64,000 bases of DNA from Balanoglossus misakiensis (Eukaryota; Animalia; Hemichordata), in the NCBI GenBank assembly GCA_040954595.2, contig CM082578.2, positions 11,725,166 through 11,789,165 of the forward strand, written 5' to 3'. The notes under the pieces were generated by a model, which saw nothing but the letters and a program-made list of their open reading frames with translations, was not told where the DNA came from and made no database searches. Positions 1 through 12,051 of this stretch are shown here, one piece after another. A program made the translations under genes and the position numbers. Position 1 is the stretch's first letter. Each line of letters starts with the position of its first letter.

Positions 1-2555
1 GCGCTGCATTCCCCAACAGCTGTGCCATTTCTAATCACGCCAACATATGTCTCCCATGTACAATAATGACAGTCTTCCTATGTACCAGGAACACATATTC
101 CTCACAAATATGTTTGCAGACATAGCATGTAAAATGTAGTTAATGAAAGTATAAATTAAAGTAATTTGTTTTTCAATGTTTTATTAATTTTCCAAAGGGA
201 GATAAATACACAATGATTATGCTACAGATATAACTATGGGCATACAAGCAAATCCGCTAACGATTTATGGCTTAAATCAATTACATCTCAATAAATTTCA
301 AGTTTTAATTTTCTATTTGAAACAACACCCCAAAATTATTGACTACACACGCACAGGGTTAACCAGGGTTCATTCAGCAAGTCATTAGGGGAAATAATTC
401 ATTATGCAGTCTGACAGATAGAACAAATTAATCAACATTACAAAATCAATTTTTTTCCTCCAATTATAACAGACGGTTATAAAGCATTGATGATAAATGG
501 GGCAATGCTTCCAACCGTCCTTTCTGCAGTTTTGACCTTTTCGTCATACATTTCTCTTTTGGTTAAAACATCATTAATACTAACATTTACCATATTATCC
601 ACAACATACAACTATATTGAGTGTATACACGTTAAATGCTGAGACTTCATCTCTTAATCTATTTTGGCAAATGGCATCGGAATGGCTCACAACTGAGACG
701 CTCTCCACCCCTGTTTGACGAGTAGAACGTTCTAATGACTGCGGTTAAACTGGCGTACACCGTACACTCGTCCAGGCAGGACATTATGATCTTTGCTGTA
801 CCTGTGACGAGATGGACTGCAGAGTGAGGAACTCGCAGTACGTGGCTATCGCTATTGTGCCCCTGAGGATCGACACGCCCAAAGAATGTCTATCTCCATC
901 CCTCCACCCACGTTGGATTGATTTAACCTTTTCCATGCTGGCTGCAACAACGCTCATGCAAACGGAGTCTAGCTACCATGCGTCTGCTCGGAGATGTACC
1001 AGTACTCGGGGGCATCGATCCAGAAAACGAACAATGTTTCGCCACCGGCGCAATCCAGATATGACATCATCAGGCAAGTCATCATTTTTACAGGATTTGT
1101 CTCCGCGCCTACAATCGCACCCTCCACGACAAATCTATGCCCTTACACTGATGTAACGGCATAGGTATAAGGGGAGACTTTCTTTGTTTTCCTTTGTTTT
1201 TTGGTGTTTTCTGAAACACAGACACAATCTCGTTAATCTGTAGATTTGCTCTTCCTAGACGGCTTTATCAGCAAACAGCAATCAATTTCACTAAACCCAG
1301 TGACATCCCAATGCCTGCATTATCATGGATACCCAGAGCCTGCATCATTATTAATGAGTTCAGGATTTACCTGCATCCATCACCATAAAAGCTTGCAAGT
1401 CAGTGCCGAGTACACGTCAGCAATTACAACATCATCATCATATGTAGAATAAAGCTTATACAGCAGGAGATGAGGTTTTTTTTTTCAAAATATGTTTTGA
1501 ATCCAAATGATTGATACTCATGTAAAGCGTGGGCTAACACTGCCATTCCACAAAACTCGCATATAAATTTGATTTCCGAATACATTTGTGAATACATTTC
1601 CATGCCAAATGCCTTGTTGCTATACACTGATGCCAATTTCCTATTCTTATCTGCACATCTAAAAAACCATGTATATTAATACTACACACAAGAGCACGTA
1701 GGCCCCAAAGGCCATGCACCTGGGACAGCCTTTTGTCTTCTGTAATCAGGTATCGTAAAATTTTATGCACTTTTTAAACAAAATTGGAATCTGCCATTGA
1801 ATTGATTCGATCAAGTCCGCAAATATTAGTCCATGTTATTTTGAAACCACCATGTACAGATATGATTTGATCTGTTGACGTCAGCTGGCAAAATGCACCA
1901 GCTGCTAGTTATCTTCCTGCAGTAAAATTCACTGGTATCAACTCAAAAAATATGTGCACCTAATATATTTTACATATTTTACCATCAATGCCCATGCAGT
2001 GTCAAACCTCTCAATAATTCATGCTAATGTTAACGATTTCAAATTGTACTGAATTATGTTCTGTTTAATTCCACAATGATGTAATTATATATTTACATGT
2101 ATCTCAAATCCAAAAGTTAGAATTTTATCTGATTTTATATTCTCATTTCAGATCCCTTTCTTTTACAATGTATAGTACGTTTCACTGCATCTCACTACAG
2201 GCACATTGTCAGGCATCTTCAAAAATTATGATCCTAGAATATAAGTCACAACATCTCTACATTACTGAGGAAGAATTCCGATTCAATATTCATACAAAAG
2301 CATCAGTCAGGACTTGCCAAGCACAGACACTTGTTAACGAGGTCAGCGTGAAGCTGCGTAAATCTTTGTGGATAATTGCTCAGCTCAAACTGAAACCAAA
2401 TTCCCTACTTATTAACTCCAGCAAGGTGCCCTGGAGCATGACTTTTTTTCCTCAGCTGACAGATTCCTCCATTGTGTCTTAAAAGAAAGAAAATCATGAT
2501 TAAAATCTTGTAACTAGTGAACATTTCAAGATTTACTGTAATTTCAAGATTCATA

Positions 2556-2695
2556 TATAGTGGAAACTTGTCTAGAGTGGCCACTTCGTCACAGTCCCTG
2601 TGTGTAGTAATGGACATGTCTATGATGGCCACCTGTCTATAAAGGCCAATTAAGGAGAGTCCCTTCTCTGGCTGCTATAGACAGGTTTGACTGTA
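2556..2695. mobile_element. Short Tc1/pogo-type MITE remnant
   Basis: Degenerate terminal inverted repeats tatagtggaaacttgtcta / tagacaggtttgactgta with TA-flanked CAGT/ACTG-like ends, and internal repeated tgtcta..tggcca units. Confidence 0.6.
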
Positions 2696-5112
2696 CAACT
2701 GTATATGCCACTGTATCTGAACTGCAGGCCGCAAAGTTGCAGAGGTCATCAGCTAACACGCAGCTGCAACATCAACTATGCTGTGCTCTGAAGATGACTC
2801 AAAAAACAGTGCAATCAAATGATGCCTTAAATCCAAGTAATCCACTATTGATTTGCTTTTAGTCTGATCAATAGTGCTAATTTGTACAATGTCTGAAACT
2901 GCCTGTCTGCCAAACTCAATGATGCTGACCATCCAGGCGAAATATTGAAATTTCCCTACATAGCAGTAGCTAATATAGGTTGTCTGGGTTTACTGAGTAA
3001 ATTTCATCATTACAGGTAGTTTATAGTATACAAAACAAATGCATTAAAGCCCCATTAGTTGTATTTTTTTGTATTTTTGATGCAGTGGTTTAACATCAAC
3101 AACAACTTGTAAAATGCTCATCTAAAGTGAGACATATTCCAGGTTTTTCAAACACATGGCGACCAACGAAAACTTAGACACTTTATCAAATAAATAATAA
3201 ATGACTTGCAAGTCATATATGGCCGTTGTGAGTAAAGTGCCAGAATCTGATCGACACAATCCAAAACCAAGGATCGAAATAAATAGCATTCTCAAAGGCA
3301 ACATGGGCGTAATGATGGGAATCCAAAAAATACCCCTGAAGATAAGGTGGTATTTTTAGAAAGCACAGAAGACACAGCTGTGGGGGCTTTATAACGCAAC
3401 TGACTAAAGGATTAACAGATTAACATGCTGTGAATCACGATAGACAAATTTCAAATTAAGACAGATTACACTTTACGTACGAGGTTATAGGACAGAATTC
3501 ACTTGGAGATCGACCTGTTCTTTTCCACCTTCAGGAAATGAAACACTTACCCAGAGCTGATCCAGGGAGAGTGAAAACTGATCGCAGAAAGTAGCTCAAA
3601 ATCTCTATCCCCCCCCCCCCCAGGTGGTACAGCAGCATTACAACACTGTCTTGTCAACACTATATGCAATTATCAATACCCACCAGAACACCACAATGGA
3701 CTCGCAAATAACGTTACAATTACATCCTCAAAGCGATCTCACTTCAGAGCTTTTGAAATACCATGATCCGTACATAACTACATTCTCATTCAAAATTCAG
3801 AATTACGTGACATTTTTTTCTCTCGGTAAAAATCGAATCTCCATGAATCAGAATGTGATATCTTTCAACACAGATCATATAATTAGCCGTGTTCATCTTA
3901 TCTGTTTTCAGTGAAAATATAATAGTCTTACCTGAAAAAAGACAATATTTAGATTAATTAAATTTTCCATTACCAGATATTAATGACCACTGATTTCGGT
4001 AAGCTCTGACCCTCAAACCATGTTGACTGTTATCATTATTCTCATTTTCTGACCTCAAATCACAAGATTACTGAAAGATTGCTGTACAGTAACAAAAGAC
4101 ACTTCTTAAACAGAATATTCACATTCAGTAGAACGAAATTTGTTTTGACCATTTTAATCCCAGTCTGACTAAAAGAATTTTACCTTTGAATCGCCGTTAG
4201 ATCAATATTGACATCTCCCAATTGCAATTCTATAAAGACAACCCCAATATTCCCCGAGTAAACTAAAAAAACATTTACATTGTGCATTACAAGGCATGTT
4301 CTAAAATGCAAAGCACTTCTCATGCTCGCTACACTCTGCCATGACAACCTGCAGATGAGGTCAGCTCTCGAATTCACAATGAATTATGATGATGGCATAT
4401 TCTATGGATGGAGTGAAAAGTCCTAGGGTATTCAAGTGACATAATAGACACATAAATAAAACGTCACTTCTTCTAATAATAAAATGTCACAAGATTTGAC
4501 ACTATTAACAGTTATTAGAATGTCCTTAAATGACAATTTTCTGGTCCAGGACATGTACATTTTAAAATTTCCCAAATATTTCTCTCATAGTTCTATATTT
4601 ATCACAACAGGTTGCACACAAGTCATTTATATCAAGTGGGAATTATACTAAATTTATAACAAAAAGAATGACATATTTATACTCCTATACAAATAGTCAG
4701 GGTTTACAGGAGACAGCATATTTAAACCCACAGTGATAATTGAAAAAAATTAATTTGCATTCAGGATTTGTAATTTTTTTTCTCACTATTTTTGGCCTAT
4801 GAGTCACTTCCCGTTTGACTCCCTGAAGATATGACAAAATGTCCAGTATTTTAGCTATCAATTAAATCCATTTATGTGTGGCTAACTCTCTCATTGTTGA
4901 AAACTGAATTTTCATGCCTTAGACTTCAACACATGTGTTTACAATAAAAATAGTGAAAATTTGCAGTGTTTCTTTGATATGAATACCAAATGCCTTTTTT
5001 GAACCTCGAACCTGGAAATCTGAGTTTTGAGCACTTGAATTTTTTTCTTCAAAAACTGTCCCAACAGGATATCAAACACCGTGGCCGTAACGTCCTGTAT
5101 GCCAGCATTCAC

Positions 5113-5793
5113 TTAAAACCAATATGGCTGCAGCATACTCATCTACACCATCAAACCGTACCCGCATGACATATATGCTGCATTACAAATTTCTTTTATC
5201 TTTTTTTTTACAAATCCAATTTATAGTTTTTTTGGCCCCCATGAATAGCTTTTTAAGAGGATTTCTTTCTGAAGTTATGCATCATTCACAAAAGATGAAA
5301 TGAGAGAGATGGGTAACAGTAACACATCTGAAAGATTAATAGCCTTATAACAGAGATCCCATAAAGAGGCCACTTCACCATATTGTTGTCGTGGTGATAT
5401 AAATTTGCAATGGAAATGAGCCGCTTTTTTGCGTTGTTTTCAACTGGTTAGTAATTGCACCTGGAGGGACTGAATTATTCAAGTTAACATGTACAGCTGC
5501 TGACGGACTGCGCATACATAATCAAATCTCGTTCTACCATTTCAGCTATAAAGATTACCATAAAATTACATATTTGAGAGAAAATAGCCTAACTTTGTAA
5601 TTGTGTAATGCGTGTGATTAAGCTCTGTAATGTTCACCCGACCTTTTATTTGAATGATCTCACGTCCATTCCAATATTTTAATCCTCACAATGCACAGCG
5701 AACTTGAAACCTGTTCTGCATTAAAACCAATATGGCTGAAGCATACTCATCGACACCATCAAACTGTACCCACATGACATATATGCTGCATTA
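5113..5793 (+). repeat. 73-bp dispersed direct repeat (5113-5185 and 5721-5793)
   Basis: ttaaaaccaatatggctg...atatatgctgcatta occurs twice with 4 mismatches, 608 bp apart. Confidence 0.9.
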
Positions 5794-8700
5794 TGTACAC
5801 TTGACACACAAAGGCTAATCTTGTTTGAAAATATTTTTAAATAGAACTATTTTTTAATATCCATGCTGATACAACAGACAGCATTTAAGAGTAGATCTCT
5901 GTGTGTAATGTTACCGCGGCACGCCGTAGCTGACAATTTTTGGTCTAAATACGGTTATTGACTTGTGAGTGATGGCATAAAACACTACACTTAACTGATC
6001 TACATCAACTTCGGAAATTACGACATACCACAGGGAATTTACTTCAAAAAGCTTTTAAATTAGAAAGGGGTGGCCATTCAAAGATCTCTCATCGGATTGT
6101 TTCACAATCAATACAATATATTCTCTCTGCACCATTCAGTCTAAAGTCTCTGTTACAATTTCAATGAATTTAATTGTCGAACGTACAGTGAATAGACGCA
6201 CTAACTTATACAGTGTTTAACATGCTGTTTTCTTCCCTCTCTTTTTCCCCCTTCCATTCATGGCGGCACAATTGCTGTTTCAACAAAATAAATATCATAT
6301 ACAGCAAGAAGAACTCTCACATAATGGATATCTAATACCAATGTAATGTACAAGCCATAGATGCAGTGTTTTACATGAAGTGTGTTTTTATTCGAAGTTT
6401 TTTACAAGTCTGTGTTCCAAGCAACAAAAGGACAGTTGTCATACCTGAATGAGATAGTCATTGCAGGCTATACAATGCACCAGGTGCTTCGATATGCACA
6501 GAGCTGTGATATGTTGCCATGGAAACGAGCGTTCCTGCCGTGGCAATCCCGTGAGAGGACACACAGCATGTACACAAATTTAACTCTCAAACTAGTCATT
6601 ATGTCCTCAAAAAGACCCTGAAACATGTTGATGTAAAGATAGAGACTGAGACATGAAAGATTACCAAGATCAACAGATTACCTGATTCAAATCAAACCGA
6701 AAGGCTGTAACAGGGTCGCGGCAGCTGTCTTTGACAGGATTTTTAATCTTAGTGTTCATAATGATGACCCATAGAAATTGGCTAGGGTGTGTAAACTTCC
6801 AATCTGTGGCTCGCAGAAAATTGAACATGTCTGAATGAATTTCATCAAATCCATTTGTAAGTCCAAACTCAAATGCGCATGGCTCACTCTGTCTGTTATC
6901 GCAGTCATTATTCAAAATTTGAACTGATCAAATTCAAGATGTAAATAGAGCATGTCTGGTGAGGGATTTAATAGGATGATAATAAAATGGGATATTACAG
7001 TTTGACAATTTTATTATTACATCACTCACAAATTGGCACACCATTTTCATCGGCTAAAGGTAAAATATGGTCACCTATATGTATGCAAATTTAACCACAG
7101 TTACCAAGGAAAGCAGAGATAGCCAATCACAGATTTTCACCGGATGCCCTATTCATGAATAGAAAGATATAGACTGGATCAGCCAAGACAGCTTCGCTGT
7201 GATATGGTACAAAATTTGCTGCATATCAAATTTCAGAGCAATGGGACCAGTGGTTCCAGATAAGATTTCTAAGGACCAAAAATTTCAAAACTAGGCACAA
7301 ATTCCTAATTTACCCCACTGAATGAGCACAAAAATAAAATACAGATTACAGGTTTTTATACAGTGGCTACTACAATAACATATTAGTACCATTCAAAAGT
7401 CTACATAAGGCCTTTGCGCTATGGGGAGCACTAAATGTTTCAGAGATGGCCAGAGAACCCCCCACTAAACATCACATTACCATGGCAACAGTGTTCCAAA
7501 CTGACCCCACATTCAATTATCTCAGTTCCTTGCAACACAGGAAGCCGATTCATTTTTCAGTTCTGACAACGATGACAGATTGAATAGTATATTGCAACAC
7601 TTCCATTATGCCCATAATGGACTGTCACTTTCAATCTGGGAGTATTTCCTCCCTCGGAATGAATGTCTATCGGGGAATAACACGGCTGACTATTCAACAC
7701 AACTATAAAGCGGAAATTAATAGTTTTGCAATGAAACTGACTTAGCTTCAGAGTAATCTTGTTTTTGGATTGAATTCTTCCTACGTGTGTGTACGCAGTT
7801 TATGTCTCTACATCCCTTCCCAGGATTCAATGGTTCTCACTGCCAGTATAATACAAATACATGTACATGTGTATCAAGGACTGTGACATCTGAAAGCTTT
7901 TTGTTATCAATTTGGTGTATAATACTAGGCTTGATATATGATGATTTATCAATGATGGTGAAACAATGTATACATGCATGCATGGCACTGCATATGTAAA
8001 CGACATATTTTACTGTGATCCATCGAAAGCTGACATTTAACAGATGACAACTATATGTATACTATACATGGGCAATGCATCATTAATTAAACAAACACCA
8101 ATACCCTCATATTAATCACATAATTACAGCGACCGACTGCAACTTTTCATCAGCAGAATCAGTAATTTCCAATTCTCTTTCTCTGTGATTCTTCGATGCT
8201 GTACATGTGTAGTGTGAGTGTGTATGTCTGTACATCTGCATATTTTCATTATTCATAGCACCTCTGCTCATTTTTTTATTTTTTCACAGGATCGAGTGTC
8301 ACGGTACAGTATGCAAGATACTACAACAGTACCTGAACTCAGACTCTCAATCAGACATGGTAAGTGCACCTTTTACTGGACTGTCATATCTGACCTGTAC
8401 CTTTCTCTTTATTGAGTAATTCATTGACCCTACCCATATGAAACTGCGCAATTTTCATGAACATTACAAAACATGGAAATTAAGAGACATAAAATATAGG
8501 GGAACATACTTTAAAAGTCCATGTACTGTGTATAGGAAGCTTGCAGAATACATTATTTGATGACGTCAGAAATATTTCCAGTGTTAATAAAGATACATCT
8601 GTATGATACATATCATTAAACATTTTATCGATCAGCAATCTGGAAAATGAGATGAAAGTATAATCACTCACTGTACTGTCTGACGCGTGTCGACTGAATT

Positions 8701-11610
8701 TTACTTCAGTCACATAATGCACTTTCTTTCCTCTGAAGAGTAATTTCCTGTTTCAACATTAGATAGAGTTAAAACTGAATAGGACTTGCAGACTTTCATA
8801 ATCCTACTCTCAACAGAACATTGAACTATTTCCTTTGAGGTCAACGTTTGAATACAGGGGATGAGATCTTTCATTTCAAGAATGGCACCCAAAATCTGCT
8901 GACATTGTACTCTACATTGCTTTTTTATCATCTCTGTGATAAGACGGTTGATGTTGTCTTTATATAAAGTTCATGTCTGGTCACGATGAAGCTCTACTAA
9001 AACTGCATTCTCTGAGTCTGAATGAGATGAAGAGGTCCATCTCCTACTTTGTTTAGTGGTCAATGCAGTTTGCTTGGCTAGGAATCATTCACAGCAACTC
9101 AAGTCCACCGAAGCTCTGTTCATACAGCACCACATTTTGCAACGTGTGGCAAATGAAATGGAAAGTGATATATTAGAGTTGTTTTAATTATTCAAGTGGT
9201 TTTTCTATTCAAAGAGAAAAAAATAATTTAGTTCTTTCATATTGAATCATTAGACATTTCACTCACAATGATAAAAATTGGTTTTTAGCGCATTTATCAT
9301 TTTGCCATTTAAACAACAAAGTGAACCTTTTCAGCAAAATATCATAGCCCATTATGAAGATTAAAACCGTGAAATATTTTCCCATCACACCTCACAAATT
9401 ACCCATCTCTGCTGCCCACAGCCATTTTCAAATTGCTTTTAAAGTTCAAACTATAAAAGTGTCATAATTCATGCCATTGAAAGTTGATTCATTATTTATA
9501 TGAAGCACTTCAAAAAACTCAGAGATGGTACAATGAGGCTCATTGTCGTTGAAGCCCTGTAGTGAATTCTCAATAACTATTTTTATTCAGATCCATGCCT
9601 ATAGAATAACTTAAATTCAACCTTTTCGTCAACCAATAGGGACATAGACACATTAAAAAATACTTCAACTCCAAAGAGACACCCACTAAACATAAAAATT
9701 AAAAGAATGTTTTGTGAAAGAACAATGAGAAATAGGCCCCTTGCTGGGTGTACACACATAGCATCAAATCGGAAAGTGACTGAAAATGTTCAGTAAATAT
9801 CAAAGTGGAAAATCACCACTACAGCAAACTCTATTATATATTGATCGAGTTTTTCCCTCCAGTTCTAGTGTTATCACGACGAGCTACTGACATATTGCCA
9901 TGAAAGAAACGATATGGTACCTGACAACGCCTATGTTGACAGTTCCCCCCCCCCCCACCCCTTCAAGTTGTGAATTTCAGTGTTTTGGCCAGGAGCCATC
10001 ACAAATATCGACAAATTTCAGTAGTCTGTCCAGGGGCAATCACACACAGGAGTCCCTTACAGCATCTTTCTAATCAATACTACAACAATGAAAACATCAT
10101 GCAGAAGTATAAGCAATCTCATGGAGTCTTCGTTCATTTCAAGACTAACGCTATCATCACCAGTTCTCCCTTTTCAAAACTGTCACGTCTGAGAGTTTGA
10201 CACGCAGAAAGATTTTACATTAGACAACTCTGTTCCACAGAAGAAAGCAATCACTTTTATGAACAGCTGTGCCTTGAAACCCTCTCTTCAATATTACATC
10301 TTTGAAATTTAACGATTTATCGGCTCGCAACACGCCAGTGGCATCAACTTTTCACATTCACAGCTCTTCAAATTGAAAGCCTTTTTAGCCTATGGCTTTA
10401 TTTACTGCTTCTGTCTCTCACAAAGCCATTTCGTAAAATCACTTGCCTAGGTATGCTCAATCTTGCAGTATACCGACACCTATGCAAAATTTAATCAGCA
10501 GTTATCAAGCCCATCACAGATTTTCACTTGGGTGCACCACATAATGGTCATTAATATAAGACGCGTTCCTTTAACCATATACATGTATGGGCAAATGCAA
10601 ATTGGAGGTGACTCTATTCCTTTTATATCAAGACACATTCTGCAGAAAGCGTGTTCAGGCATCTATTCTATGCAGTATTAATAGTGTAGTACCAGATTCT
10701 CTCACAGCCCCGCTTGCCGCCTATGCAGACTCATCCTTTGGTTGAATGTGAGGCTGCCCTCAACGGTTTTGAATTGATTTTCGATTTTTTCTCATTAGGT
10801 AAGATTCCTGCCTAATGTGATAGTTTTCCTATATAAACTCTTAAACGTTCGCTCCACAATGCCCCATGCTGGCTTCATACGGTGATTCTCCTTTGCTAAA
10901 CAGTTGAGGGCACATCAGTGTGCAACACGCAGAGGGCCTCGTAGCAGACCTTGGGCTGTGAGAGTCTAGTGCATGTACAACATTCATGCAGAGTTCCCTC
11001 CATATACCCATGTGCAGAACACCAGTTCTAAAGCAGAATCTACTCTTTATATTTATAAACATCATATATTTCTCAAGCATTCAGTAATGTGAGATTACTC
11101 TAGACTTCTAAATAAGATTAGTGGATGCACATGCAGCTTTGGTTTCATATTATCGCCATGCCATAATTTATGCAACTTTTATTTTCTGTACTGTTGCTAA
11201 CGGCAACATAGGCAGATCAGATACGGACAACCATGCAATTTACCACAAAAGTGCTGTTATATCAGAAATTCTTATTAATATCAGTAGTCAACACATGCAT
11301 GCATTTTAAAGATGTAAAACATCGTAAGGCCGAACGTTATCCTTGGATGGACAGAACACGATCCTAAACGTCTTTTTTTATCAGAAAAACATGCAATATG
11401 AGACCACCAAGCAAATCGTCTGTGTGATGCAGCCACTGCACATATCAATGTGGCTAGTATAAAAGTATAATATAGCAATATCATTTTTGACAGCAGACAC
11501 ATGATTTATCACAGAAACACAAATGTTACTTCCACACCAACACAGCTTTGTGGGAGTTGCCTGAATTTAACGATAATATATGGACCTTGACCACCGACAC
11601 GCAAAGCACA

Positions 11611-12051
11611 TGACAACCACGGCGTGACAAAAACCCGACACATCCAAGTGCTTGTGTGTACTTACCAACCTCTCCTGCGCACATCGTACTGGTCAATGTT
11701 ATTAGGACCTAAACTCCATATGTGTGCTATGGCATTTAAAGAGATTGACACGATATTCTAGTACAGATCACACCCAGGAGTATTAAAATTAAAGTCAAGA
11801 CAAAAAAAAACACGCACACATGGGTATTTCAAGACTGCGCTTTGCAAGCACAACTGACACCTTTATTGTGATTCAGCTTTCCTCTCTCTGTCCTCAGATT
11901 TTGCACAATCCACATGAAACTGACGTGCAAAACCTGAGGTTTGAATAGCGCCCTCAGTGGTCAAATAAACAAAACTGTCAGCCAAATATGAACTTCTAGC
12001 AAGGATTAATAAAATAGTACATGTATTCAATTTGGACACACCGTGTTGTCA
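11611..12051 (-). promoter_or_regulatory. Putative intronic RNA stem (arms 12037-12051 and 11611-11626) enclosing exon 7b
   Basis: In the transcript, UGACAACACGGUGUG pairs with CACGCCGUGGUUGUCA: 15 bp including one G-U wobble, plus a single-G bulge. Confidence 0.6.
11666..11726 (-). CDS. CACNA2D: CACNA2D alternative exon 7b (61 nt, phase 1->2): AHIWSLGPNNIDQYDVRRRGW
   Basis: Acceptor ctctttaaatgccatag, donor TTG|gtaagt. Closely matches alpha2delta-1 ASPW...IDLYDVRRRPW. Confidence 0.93.

Noticed and set aside
660-1212. GC-richer patch with the 114-aa ORF (812-1156), faint GPCR-like words (YVAIAIVPLR, IIFTGFV) and a minus-strand acceptor at 1211
   Set aside because: All frames are interrupted by stops, with no coherent domain. 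It does not encode the expected next alpha2delta exon (YIQ..SPKD), and splicing it to exon 7 would create an immediate TGA. Needs BLASTx.
1-11600. Search for the next CACNA2D exon (YIQGAxSPKD, VWA start) and for a third copy of exon 7
   Set aside because: Not found by eye. The next exon is presumably left of the window, though a divergent copy could have been missed.
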